Notes under the pieces: generated by a model
What the model was told of the DNA's origin: nothing
The model's database searches: none
What the model saw: only the letters and a program-made list of their open reading frames with translations
In this document: positions 51,908-61,174 of the stretch, piece after piece
Position numbering within the stretch: position 1 is the first letter of the stretch
How the letters are laid out: each line of letters starts with the position of its first letter
Made by a program: the position numbers and the translations under genes
From: Candidatus Bathyarchaeota archaeon
GTDB lineage: Archaea; Thermoproteota; Bathyarchaeia; Bathyarchaeales; Bathycorpusculaceae
Direction: 5' to 3'
DNA: 64,000 nucleotides
Assembly: GCA_963828195.1 (NCBI GenBank)
Contig: CAWHDT010000003.1
Location: 384,001-448,000, forward strand

Positions 51908-52879
51908 TTAATCTTGTGTTTTAGAATCGTCTTCTTCGTCGTCGCCCATAAGGAGTTGAAATTCATTCCAATTTAGTTTTTCGCCTTTCTGCAGCTTCTC
52001 TCGAGCTTCAGCCCCAAGTTTTTCTTTGATAGCCTGCTGTTTCTCTTTAACCGCCAGCTGTTTTTCTTTAGCATCTTGCTGTCTTTCTTTATCTGCCTGT
52101 TCTCTTTCTTTATAAGCCTGCTGAGCCGCTATCCGCCTAACTTTATCTTCTTCCCACATGGAAGCTCTCAAACCCTGCAGTTGCCCCGTTAACTCTGCGA
52201 TTTTCACTTGAAAACCAAGAATGTCCTCCTTGGCTTTTACATAAGCTTGATGTAGGCTGTCAGCTTGGGCTTTGCTTATTTTGGCAGTGTTCACTTTTTC
52301 GATCATTTTGGTATGTATTTCTTGGCTTTTTTTGGCTAAATCAGTTAATGCGTTATGGATAACGTCTGCTTCAGCTTCGATGGTTTGCCGTTGCGACATT
52401 AATTCCTTGATTTTTTTGTGTTTAGCATCAATTTTCTTGTAAGCGCTAAGTAGAGTTTCAAGCTCCTTGACGTTCTCAATTAATCCTTTTTCCTCCTGCA
52501 AATCAAGAGTAGTGGTTTGAATCTTCCACTCAATTGCGTCAAGTTCCTCTTGCAAATCCTGCTGCCTTTCCCGTGGCACTCCTTTTTTAAGTAAATCAAT
52601 TTTTTCTTTTATGACGTTTATTTTCTCGGTGATTGGAGCAGTTTTAGCTCTAATTTCGTCTCTTTGCTGTTTTAGCATCTTCACTTTTTCATTGATGCCG
52701 TCGCGCTCGGTTTTCAACTCGTCAATTTCCAGTCGGATCTGCTTTACCTGGTCGTTTAGCTGGTTTCTCTGCTCGATGAACTTTGTGGTTTGAGCATATG
52801 CAGTATTTGCTTGCTCTCTTAGTTTTTCGATTTGCTGATGTAGATCTTCTATTTTAATGGGTTTTTGTTGCTCTGACAT
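51908..52879 (-). CDS. Archaeal coiled-coil protein (COG1340-like)
   Basis: Long heptads; EWKIQTT.L...EE; KGEKL...E. Confidence 0.8.
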   Translation of the reverse strand: MSEQQKPIKIEDLHQQIEKLREQANTAYAQTTKFIEQRNQLNDQVKQIRLEIDELKTERDGINEKVKMLKQQRDEIRAKTAPITEKINVIKEKIDLLKKGVPRERQQDLQEELDAIEWKIQTTTLDLQEEKGLIENVKELETLLSAYKKIDAKHKKIKELMSQRQTIEAEADVIHNALTDLAKKSQEIHTKMIEKVNTAKISKAQADSLHQAYVKAKEDILGFQVKIAELTGQLQGLRASMWEEDKVRRIAAQQAYKEREQADKERQQDAKEKQLAVKEKQQAIKEKLGAEAREKLQKGEKLNWNEFQLLMGDDEEDDSKTQD

Positions 52880-53038
52880 TTGCATTGCCTCTAATGCAGT
52901 TGAAGTTAATGAGCTTTGTTGCTTAAGCATTTATAATGATTTTCTGTACAAACTATGTAGTTCACATGGAAAAACAGCAGTTTTAAGATTATAATTTTTA
53001 AATACAGGCGGGACAATGGGTTAGTGAGCTGTAGAGTT

Positions 53039-53449
53039 ATGACGTTTAATTACGAGGATTTACTGAAGAAGGCTTGCGCTCAAATGCCTGAAGTTTCCGC
53101 GAAACATGAGCGCTTGGAACTGCCCAACCTAATGGTTAATACAGTCGGTATGCGAACCATCATTTCCAATTTCAAAGAAGTTGCCGACGCTTTAGACAGG
53201 GATCCTCAACATATTCTGAAGTTTTTAACTCGGGAAATGGCGACGGCAGCCACTTTCCAAGATTCAAGAGCGATTTTTCAGGGAAAATTTCGCCGCGACA
53301 GCTTTGAACGTTTGCTGCAGAGATACATGGAAAATTACGTTGTTTGCCCCATCTGCAAACGCCCCGACACCAGAATAGTTAAGGAGAAACGCTTGTCTTT
53401 TCTAGTTTGCAACGCTTGCGGCGCTAAATCAGCAATTAAACAGTTGTAG
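53039..53449 (+). CDS. eif2b: Translation initiation factor aIF-2 beta
   Basis: TIISNF, RDPQH..KFL.RE.AT, CPICKRPDT...CNACGA. Confidence 0.95.
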   Translation: MTFNYEDLLKKACAQMPEVSAKHERLELPNLMVNTVGMRTIISNFKEVADALDRDPQHILKFLTREMATAATFQDSRAIFQGKFRRDSFERLLQRYMENYVVCPICKRPDTRIVKEKRLSFLVCNACGAKSAIKQL

Positions 53450-53459
53450 GCGACCCCAA

Positions 53460-53756
53460 TTGGATGTCTATGCGAACCTTAAGAAAGCAGGCAGCAACGT
53501 GCTTTTAGCCGTCTGCGACTGCGAACTTCTTGGCAGAACTCTCAGGGACGGCAAAATCGTTTTTCATATTAAAGAAGAATTTTATAATGGAAGAAAAGCC
53601 ACGGTTGATGAAGCTATGGGAATGATTGATAATTCAACCATAGTTAATCTCGTTGGCAAATGCTGCGTAGAAAAAGCCATATCGCAGGGGTATGTTCATC
53701 CTGACGCCGTTTTGAACATAGCTGGCGTACCTCATGCTCAAATCATGAAGCTTTGA
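53460..53756 (+). CDS. DUF424 family protein
   Basis: AVCDCELLG, FYNG, NLVG..CV, GVPHAQ. Confidence 0.9.
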   Translation: MDVYANLKKAGSNVLLAVCDCELLGRTLRDGKIVFHIKEEFYNGRKATVDEAMGMIDNSTIVNLVGKCCVEKAISQGYVHPDAVLNIAGVPHAQIMKL

Positions 53757-53774
53757 TTAGACCGATCTTTGTTT

Positions 53775-54227
53775 CTATTGGTTGTTAAACTGTTTTTTTG
53801 AGGCGGCAGTCAATATTATGCCTGCTAAGGAAAAGAGCATCTGCAAAACTATCAGAGGTACTGCAGAGATAAAAGGCGGTATCATGGTGGCTCCGTTCGT
53901 CGGCGGAATGTAATACAAGACGGTCGCTTCAACTAGGCATGAAGCAGAAATAAAAGAAATCCCCGTCACCGATAAAGCAAAATGTTTTCTTATTATGATG
54001 TATGCGATGCCACTCCAGCCGAAGGCGAGAGCTAAGACGCCGAACCATGCCATAGCAGAGTACCCCGCGTAGCTGTATCCAGAATAGTAGATGCTTGGTT
54101 GCTGATGATTAATGCTTTGAGTGAACCCTGAAATAGTATAAGCCAAGGTAATGAGGGACGCGATAGCTGCCGATGAACCAGCTGCAATGGGGAAAGATTG
54201 ATGTTTTATGGTACTGGAATTTGCCAT
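53775..54227 (-). CDS. Four-TM membrane protein
   Basis: Four hydrophobic segments. Confidence 0.6.
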   Translation of the reverse strand: MANSSTIKHQSFPIAAGSSAAIASLITLAYTISGFTQSINHQQPSIYYSGYSYAGYSAMAWFGVLALAFGWSGIAYIIIRKHFALSVTGISFISASCLVEATVLYYIPPTNGATMIPPFISAVPLIVLQMLFSLAGIILTAASKKQFNNQ

Positions 54228-54667
54228 GGTGCAATCCACCCGAGTGTTAAGGTAACGTTTGTAGGCGGGCTTCCAGTGTAGGTTACGTTGCCGTCTACGT
54301 ATGTTGATGCGTCACCAGGCACGGAGTAACCTCCGAAAATGGGTCCTAAAGAGGGCTCTTGGCCGAAATACAAGTTGGTTGAATTCAAGATCACGCTGCC
54401 TCTTGAAAGGGTAACGTTGACGTAGCAGCCGTGAGCTGTCACATTTCCAGCGTTATAAACGTAGCCTGTTACTTGAACTGTGCCTTGACGGTTATCTGAA
54501 TAGCCTAAACTGACGTTAACGAGTTTTGGAGCCTGCAAATCATTTATCTGATTCTGCAAATTGGCAGTCTGAATCGAATAAAAGATCGATGTTAAAGATA
54601 CCGCCGCAATCACGCATAAGCCAATAATAATTAACGCAAAGTTGTCACGGGTTTTCTTCTGAACCAA
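54206..54667 (-). CDS. Membrane-anchored Ig-like protein
   Basis: N-terminal TM, short coiled coil, VTGYVYNAG..TA. Confidence 0.6.
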   Translation of the reverse strand: MVQKKTRDNFALIIIGLCVIAAVSLTSIFYSIQTANLQNQINDLQAPKLVNVSLGYSDNRQGTVQVTGYVYNAGNVTAHGCYVNVTLSRGSVILNSTNLYFGQEPSLGPIFGGYSVPGDASTYVDGNVTYTGSPPTNVTLTLGWIAPWQIPVP

Positions 54668-54817
54668 ATCATCTGCCTCTTCTCGCGCCAGTGTATTTTC
54701 AACCTTCAGCCTTAAAGATTTTGTGCTGAACCCGCGGAGCCTTCGAATTCGGGGTTATGGCATAAAATTTAATTAACGTTGGTTCACACATGTACTTCAA
54801 AACCTCCGAGCCTTCAT

Positions 54818-56164
54818 ATGAAAGTTAACTCAAAAATAGCTATCTCAAAACGTCTCCTCGCCGTTCTCCTTATAGCTGTGCTTGCGTTGTCCGCTTTTAA
54901 CACTTACCTCATTTTTAAGCGGCCAAACAGCCCTGATTCTGGCGCTTTAAGCTACGATTTTGTCCTTTCCCAAAACGGCAACAATTACCAATTAACAAAC
55001 ATGTTAACAGGTTCCACAAGTTTATCAAGCAGCGCTTCATCCGCCCTTAATTCGGTGTTCAGCCAGGGGAACTCTGTTTACCTTAACCCTGGAACATACA
55101 CTTTAAGCGGCGACGTTTCGATTTCCAACAAAATGGACGCCCAAATCGTCGGGAACGGAGCAACCATAATCGGCAACGGATACAAAATAATCATTTACGG
55201 CGACAACTACACCACTTCGCAGTTCGCCTCCGTTTCGGGCTTAACAATAATAAATGGAACTGTGCGAGTTGAAAACTCGTTTGGAACCACGATTTCCAAT
55301 ATGATTTTCGAGAACACATCAGTCGGCGTCGAATTGGCAAACACAAACACTTGGAGTGAAGACACAAAAATCGAGGATTGCAGCTTCATAAACGCCACCG
55401 AAGGCATAGATTTCCAAACGCCAGTCGGCAATGCTACAGGTTCTTATGACAGTTCAGTAATTGACAGTTGCTTCTTCAACATAAGGGATAACTCTGTCGG
55501 CATCAGCGTTGAACCGTTAGCTGAGCTTTCTGACAGCCAACTGCAGGATGTCCGATTTTGGATGGGGCAAGATGGAGTTACCAATCAGACTGGGCTTTCA
55601 GATGCCGGCTCAATGGATCAAACGCAGCTGTTCGGCGTAGTGTTCGAGTCCTTCACCAACGTGCCAAATGACATGTTCGCCATGGATCTGGGGCAAACCT
55701 GCATTTATCCCCCAACCATCGACAGCGGCGTCAGCTTTCTGGGCAATTGGACAGCAGCTATCCATAACCCATATGGCATATGGATTTCCGGCGTCGGCAC
55801 CGCCTTTGAAAAACAAAACATCAACGTACCGGTGGGCGTAAATGGTCAGTACGGCGCCAACGTGACGATTCAAACGTTGCCGCTTCAAATCTTCACTTTC
55901 GAACCTGAAATTCAAGTCAACGGCAGCTTCAACAACAACGAAACCGTAACCGTTAGAATCCGCCTGGTATTCGCTGACAACGTAGTCTCAAACGGGGTAA
56001 CGCAGACCTTCACCAGCAGCGGAGCAACGTGGCTAAGCAACGACCAAATGATGCAGCTGTACCCCTCGCAAGACATAATTTTAGGCGTCGTAATTGATGC
56101 GCAATCAAGCGCCAGCTCCACAAACGCTGTGGTCACAGTCAGCGGCTACGGCACAGCAGGATAA
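54818..56164 (+). CDS. Exported beta-helix protein
   Basis: N-terminal TM, LNPGTYTL, pectin-lyase-like repeats. Confidence 0.7.
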   Translation: MKVNSKIAISKRLLAVLLIAVLALSAFNTYLIFKRPNSPDSGALSYDFVLSQNGNNYQLTNMLTGSTSLSSSASSALNSVFSQGNSVYLNPGTYTLSGDVSISNKMDAQIVGNGATIIGNGYKIIIYGDNYTTSQFASVSGLTIINGTVRVENSFGTTISNMIFENTSVGVELANTNTWSEDTKIEDCSFINATEGIDFQTPVGNATGSYDSSVIDSCFFNIRDNSVGISVEPLAELSDSQLQDVRFWMGQDGVTNQTGLSDAGSMDQTQLFGVVFESFTNVPNDMFAMDLGQTCIYPPTIDSGVSFLGNWTAAIHNPYGIWISGVGTAFEKQNINVPVGVNGQYGANVTIQTLPLQIFTFEPEIQVNGSFNNNETVTVRIRLVFADNVVSNGVTQTFTSSGATWLSNDQMMQLYPSQDIILGVVIDAQSSASSTNAVVTVSGYGTAG

Positions 56165-56389
56165 TTTTGAAAGAACAACAACACCCGAAAAACAACTGTT
56201 GTTCTTCTCGGCAATATTTATTCAAAAGAAGAAGAAGCTGGTGAAAACAATTTTTCTTCTTCTTCTTCCGTCATTTGCTTTTTGTGGCGGTTTTCTGGCG
56301 TAAATAGCGGGTAGGTCTATAGGTAGAGCGGTTTCGGATTCAGGGCATTTTTAGTTTAATTTTCGATTAGGGCTTGAATCAGAGTTTTA
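56149..56389 (+). repeat. Structured intergenic element, copy B
   Basis: Homologous to the reverse complement of 49458-49690; first 16 nt overlap the last codons and stop of the upstream gene. Confidence 0.88.
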
Positions 56390-56425
56390 CTGCGCGGAGT
56401 GCATTAAAGGTACTTCAGCAGAATT

Positions 56426-57649
56426 TTAAGCTCTTTTTTTGGCGCTTACGATGCTTATTACGTCTCGGTCTTTGAGGATGGCGTCTTCGCCGATTCTTCT
56501 TTTGTCTCGTGCGTCGATGGCGTAGAGGAAGCTTTCTCCAAGTTCCGTGTGTATCAAGTATGCGAATTGATGCGCGGTTGTTCCCTTAGGAATGAGGTAA
56601 GCGTCAGGCAGCACTCTGCCGTTGTGGTCTGAGAGGTGCTCTAAATCTTCCACGGGGTAAACGGTTATCATGTTGAGAAGTTTGAAGTAAGCTGTGTTCA
56701 TCGCGTCTTGGATGCCTGTTGAGCCTTTTTTCTGGAGCACTTTTTCACGTATAGCTTCCAGAGCCTTAATCTGGCCTGGTGTCAATTTTTCGGGGTGAGA
56801 TATCTTGAAGTCGGAGTCGCCCGGTTTATAATCGATTAACTGTTTTTCGGCTGCGCGTCTAAGTGCAAGTTCCGCTTCGGCGGAGCACGGGATAACTGTG
56901 TAATCAAGCTTCTTCATGCGTTCCAAGTTAGCTTCAGCCGATGGCAAATCAATCTTGTTCGCCACAATCAACATGGGCTTTGACAGCCGCCTTAAATTGT
57001 CTACAAATCGGTAGAAGTCTTCGTCAGTCCACGTTGCGGGTTTGTCAACATTCAAATTTGCCCTTCTTATAGCCTCAGCAACATATTGTTTTCTTATGCC
57101 TAAACCCGTTAAACGCTCTTCCAGCGGCGTGGTGATGCCTTTTTTGTCAGCTTCCGCTGTCCGGGCAATCTTCGACCAATCCTTCTTAAGAATAGCCACC
57201 ATCCACATCGTTATTTCACGTTCTAAGAACTGCACGTCCTCAAGCGGGTCGTGCTCGCCGGGTTTGCAGCTTTTTCCTTCGCAGTCTGTCCCGCCTGAAG
57301 CGTCAACTACATGGATAAGGGCGTCTGCCCTGCGGATTTCGTCTAAGAACTGGTTTCCTAAGCCTTTTCCCTCCCAGGCGCCTGGAACAATACCTGCAAT
57401 GTCGATTAGTTCGACGGGCACAAGCCTTACGCCGTCTAGGCATAGCGAGTTTTTAGGGTTATCTTGCACTTTGAATTCTTCATGAACACAGGGCGTACGT
57501 ACGTAGCCAACTCCCCTGTTAGGCTTAATTGTGGTGAAAGGATAATTCGCTATTTCAGCCGCCACCAAGGTTGCTGCGCTGAAGAATGTGGATTTTCCCG
57601 TGTTCGGTTTCCCAACGACTCCGAGTAATCGTGAATAAGACTTTTGCAT
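56426..57649 (-). CDS. ychF: YchF/Ola1-family translation-associated NTPase
   Basis: GKPNTGKST, NYPFTTI, DIAG, GLGNQFL, NKID, C-terminal TGS domain. Confidence 0.92.
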   Translation of the reverse strand: MQKSYSRLLGVVGKPNTGKSTFFSAATLVAAEIANYPFTTIKPNRGVGYVRTPCVHEEFKVQDNPKNSLCLDGVRLVPVELIDIAGIVPGAWEGKGLGNQFLDEIRRADALIHVVDASGGTDCEGKSCKPGEHDPLEDVQFLEREITMWMVAILKKDWSKIARTAEADKKGITTPLEERLTGLGIRKQYVAEAIRRANLNVDKPATWTDEDFYRFVDNLRRLSKPMLIVANKIDLPSAEANLERMKKLDYTVIPCSAEAELALRRAAEKQLIDYKPGDSDFKISHPEKLTPGQIKALEAIREKVLQKKGSTGIQDAMNTAYFKLLNMITVYPVEDLEHLSDHNGRVLPDAYLIPKGTTAHQFAYLIHTELGESFLYAIDARDKRRIGEDAILKDRDVISIVSAKKRA

Positions 57650-57824
57650 GTGTTAATTCACTCTATAATGTTGTTGTGTATAGTGCTATATTATTTGCGC
57701 TTGCAAATTGGAACAGATATGTTTTGTTGTACAAGATACGCACACAACCGCTTAACCGACATTAATAATAAGTAAGTAACCAACCTACGTCTAACATAAG
57801 CTCTAAAAAGGTAACTGAGGCAGC

Positions 57825-60341
57825 TTGAGGGGCAAAAAGCTATCAAAATTTCTCGTTATCGCAGTTATCTCCATGTTTATTATAAGCTGCTTTGTACCGC
57901 TTCAAACCACCGCTGTAAAGGCAGATGATGTTTGGGTGGCTCAACCCATGCATATTGTGCAAAGTGTCAGCCCAATGAATTCACCTTCTGGCTATTCTCC
58001 AGCTGAAATAAAAAACGCTTATGGGCTTCCGTCTTCAGGGGGCAACGGGAGTACAATCGCCATAATAGACGCTTATTATACAAAGACAATATGGAATGAT
58101 TTAACCGCGTTTTCAAATCAATTTAATCTGCCACTTCCAACTAACAACACATTTGAGGTTTATAACATGTCTTCAACAATCAGCACAGCAAACGCAAATT
58201 GGGCAACAGAAACCTCTCTGGATGTTGAGTGGGCCCACGCTATTGCTCCTGAAGCTAAAATTTTGCTGGTGGAAGCAACCAACTCTGGAAACGGCCTTCT
58301 CCCAGCAATCAACTATGCCCGAAATCAACCAGGCGTCACCGCTATCTCTATGAGTTGGGGAGCCCCGGAATTCTCAGGAGAAACCAGCGACGACTCATAC
58401 TTTACCAGTAATTACGGCGCTGCCTTCTTCGCTTCTTCAGGAGACACTGGTGCGGGCGTAAGTTGGCCCGCTTGCTCACCAAATGTGGTTGGGGTAGGAG
58501 GAACCACTCTTAACCTTAATGCCACAGACGGAATGGTGATTTCTGAAACAGCTTGGAGCGACAGCGGCGGCGGATTAAGCTCCTATGAACATGCGCCTAA
58601 TTACCAAACAAGCTACGGGTTGAACTATTCCACAAGAGCTGTTCCAGACGTTTCATACGACGCAAATCCACAGACGGGAGTTGCAGTTTGCTATAATTCC
58701 GGGTGGATTATGGTTGGCGGAACAAGCATTGGTGCACCTCAGTGGGCAGCAATTTACGCTGATGGGCTTTCAGCAACAAACGCTAATCTTTATGGGAAAG
58801 CAAAATCAGCCTATTCCTCTTATTTTAGAGATATCACCTCAGGGTCAAACGGGCTCTATAATGCAACCGTAGGTTACGACCGCGTGACAGGGCTGGGCAG
58901 CCCCTTGACAGACAACTTTAATTCTGCACTTGCAGTTTTGCCCACTTCAGGTCCAGGTGGCGGCACAGTTACGCTTAGCGGAATGGGTTATACAGCTGGC
59001 AGTTCGGTAAATATTTCGTGCCTAAACCCAGTGAACAATTTGTGGATCCCCATTGTCAGTAACTATGCAACTGATTCCCAAGCGTTTAACTACACATTTA
59101 ACGTTCCCGACCTGCTGCAAAATAATCAGCCAGGCGACAACTCGCCGCTTTCTGAAAACCTTGTTTTCCAAGCCCAAGATAACAGCAACGGCAATTCCTA
59201 CAATACTACTGTGCCATATACTGAATGGTTTAGAGGCTTATCGCAAATAGGCAACGTATCCGCAGCTGGTTTATTCGGCAACAACACGGACCTAAGTACA
59301 ACTTTATTCGTTCAAAATGGTCAATCCCTAAATGTTGTTGGAGAATGGTTTAACCCTGGTACTGTTTCTTTGCTGTGGGATAACTCCATAAATGCGGGTA
59401 CTTCAACAACTGACCCAACCGGGTTTCTCAATGCAACCATTATTGTGCCGACCACCGCTGCAGGGCAACATACACTGACCATAAACGATGGCGTATCAAA
59501 CTTCAGTGTTACCCTAACTCGTTTGCCGACCGTAACCAACGATTACGATGGTGCGTGGCACACTACAAATTTCACGATAAACTTGACCCCTGACTTCAAC
59601 GTTACAGAAACCTTTTATCAAATTAATAATGGACCCATCTGCAACGTAACCGCTAATGGGCAGCCATTCATAACCAGCGAAGGCAGCAATAATACCCTTG
59701 AGTACTGGAGCACATGGAACATTTATGGGACAGGTTCAATGGAGCTTCCACCCGTGACGTTAACAGGGATTGAGCTGCAAACAACGCCGCCAACTGGCTC
59801 AATTCAAATAAACGGTGGTGCAACCTCCACGTCCTCAAGCGCTGTGACTCTAACCTTAACTGCTAATGATTCTCTGTCAGGCATCAGCCAAATCCGATTC
59901 AGCAATGACGACACATGGAACCAGACAACTTGGGAACCTTATACAAACACCACGAGCTGGCAACTAACAGGTCAAGATGGAACAAACACAGTTTACTGCG
60001 AAATTCAAGACAATGCAGGCTTAATAACAACTCTCAGCAGCTCAATAATTCTCAATACACCGCAGCCTGCCCCGACGCCCTCGCCTTTAACAACCACAGA
60101 GCCCTTGGTCACGCCAAGTCCATCGCCAACCCCTATTCCTTCAGCTACAGCAAGTCCTTCAACCACCGCTTCTTCTTCGCCTCCTCCATTACCTTCATCG
60201 TCTCCAGAACCCAAAGTGGTGCTTCAGACTCCGGAGTTAAGCATCCCAGTAATTCTTGTCTTGCTGGCGGTATCAACTATTGCTTTAATAGTCAACGTCC
60301 TAAGAAAGCCGCGCGTTAATAGCAAGCCATCGCCAGCTTAA
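57825..60341 (+). CDS. Secreted S53 (sedolisin-like) peptidase with C-terminal anchor
   Basis: ETSLDVE (E-xxx-D), SSGD, GGTSIGAP, GYD.VTGLGSP; PT linker; TPEL plus TM plus basic tail. Confidence 0.88.
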   Translation: MRGKKLSKFLVIAVISMFIISCFVPLQTTAVKADDVWVAQPMHIVQSVSPMNSPSGYSPAEIKNAYGLPSSGGNGSTIAIIDAYYTKTIWNDLTAFSNQFNLPLPTNNTFEVYNMSSTISTANANWATETSLDVEWAHAIAPEAKILLVEATNSGNGLLPAINYARNQPGVTAISMSWGAPEFSGETSDDSYFTSNYGAAFFASSGDTGAGVSWPACSPNVVGVGGTTLNLNATDGMVISETAWSDSGGGLSSYEHAPNYQTSYGLNYSTRAVPDVSYDANPQTGVAVCYNSGWIMVGGTSIGAPQWAAIYADGLSATNANLYGKAKSAYSSYFRDITSGSNGLYNATVGYDRVTGLGSPLTDNFNSALAVLPTSGPGGGTVTLSGMGYTAGSSVNISCLNPVNNLWIPIVSNYATDSQAFNYTFNVPDLLQNNQPGDNSPLSENLVFQAQDNSNGNSYNTTVPYTEWFRGLSQIGNVSAAGLFGNNTDLSTTLFVQNGQSLNVVGEWFNPGTVSLLWDNSINAGTSTTDPTGFLNATIIVPTTAAGQHTLTINDGVSNFSVTLTRLPTVTNDYDGAWHTTNFTINLTPDFNVTETFYQINNGPICNVTANGQPFITSEGSNNTLEYWSTWNIYGTGSMELPPVTLTGIELQTTPPTGSIQINGGATSTSSSAVTLTLTANDSLSGISQIRFSNDDTWNQTTWEPYTNTTSWQLTGQDGTNTVYCEIQDNAGLITTLSSSIILNTPQPAPTPSPLTTTEPLVTPSPSPTPIPSATASPSTTASSSPPPLPSSSPEPKVVLQTPELSIPVILVLLAVSTIALIVNVLRKPRVNSKPSPA

Positions 60342-60401
60342 TATAAGCGTTGAATAGGTTTTTAAGGCTGGACAGTTTATTTTTCGGTCAGGTGTTCCAT
60401 T

Positions 60402-61067
60402 ATGAAAATTGCTGAAGGAGTCCATCATATTGAAGGTATAAACGGCAACGTTTACCTTGTTGAAGATGGAGACAAATTAATTTTAATCGACACGGGTTTA
60501 CCTCGAAGCGACAAAAAAATAACAAAGTACATTGAAGGTTTAGGTCGTAAGCCAACCGATGTTTCAACGATTATTTTAACCCATTTCCACATTGACCACG
60601 TTGGAAGCGCCAAAAAAATGAAGGAATTGACAAATGCAAAGGTGGCGGTTCATGAGCTTGACGCTGATTACGTGGCTGGAAAGAAGGCGCCGCCTAAACC
60701 AAAAAATTTGATGTTTAAAGCCTTAAGCTCAGTCGTTAAAGCTTCACCTGTCGAGGTTGATTTGTTGCTGAAAGATAATGATAAGGTGGGCAGGTTGACC
60801 GTTATTCATACTCCTGGGCATTCTGAAGGAAGCATTGCCTTATTGGATTCAGAAAGAAAAGTCATGTTTGTCGGCGATACAATAAGATTTATGGATGGGA
60901 AAATCACCGGTTCGCCTGAACACTTCACGTTAGATCCAGAAAAAGCAAAGGAATCCGCCAAGAAAATCTCAACGTTTGATTTTGACATTATGCTCAGCGG
61001 CCACGGCCAACCTTTGATGCCTGAGGCTTCTAAAAAAGTAAAGGACTATGCTGCTACCTTGAAGTAG
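60402..61067 (+). CDS. MBL-fold metallohydrolase
   Basis: THFHIDHVG, HTPGH, GD, GHG. Confidence 0.92.
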   Translation: MKIAEGVHHIEGINGNVYLVEDGDKLILIDTGLPRSDKKITKYIEGLGRKPTDVSTIILTHFHIDHVGSAKKMKELTNAKVAVHELDADYVAGKKAPPKPKNLMFKALSSVVKASPVEVDLLLKDNDKVGRLTVIHTPGHSEGSIALLDSERKVMFVGDTIRFMDGKITGSPEHFTLDPEKAKESAKKISTFDFDIMLSGHGQPLMPEASKKVKDYAATLK

Positions 61068-61174
61068 TTTGGTTGCAGCAGCTTTCGTAAATCAACAAAT
61101 CAAAACAATATTTTTATTTAGACCTGCTTGGTTCTTTTAAAGAAGGTCAGATAATTTTGTTAAATTCTAGTACG

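Noticed and set aside
54725-54760. Hairpin containing TTCGAAT resembling a tRNA T-arm
   Set aside because: No cloverleaf can be built; no tRNA or rRNA was recognised in the window.
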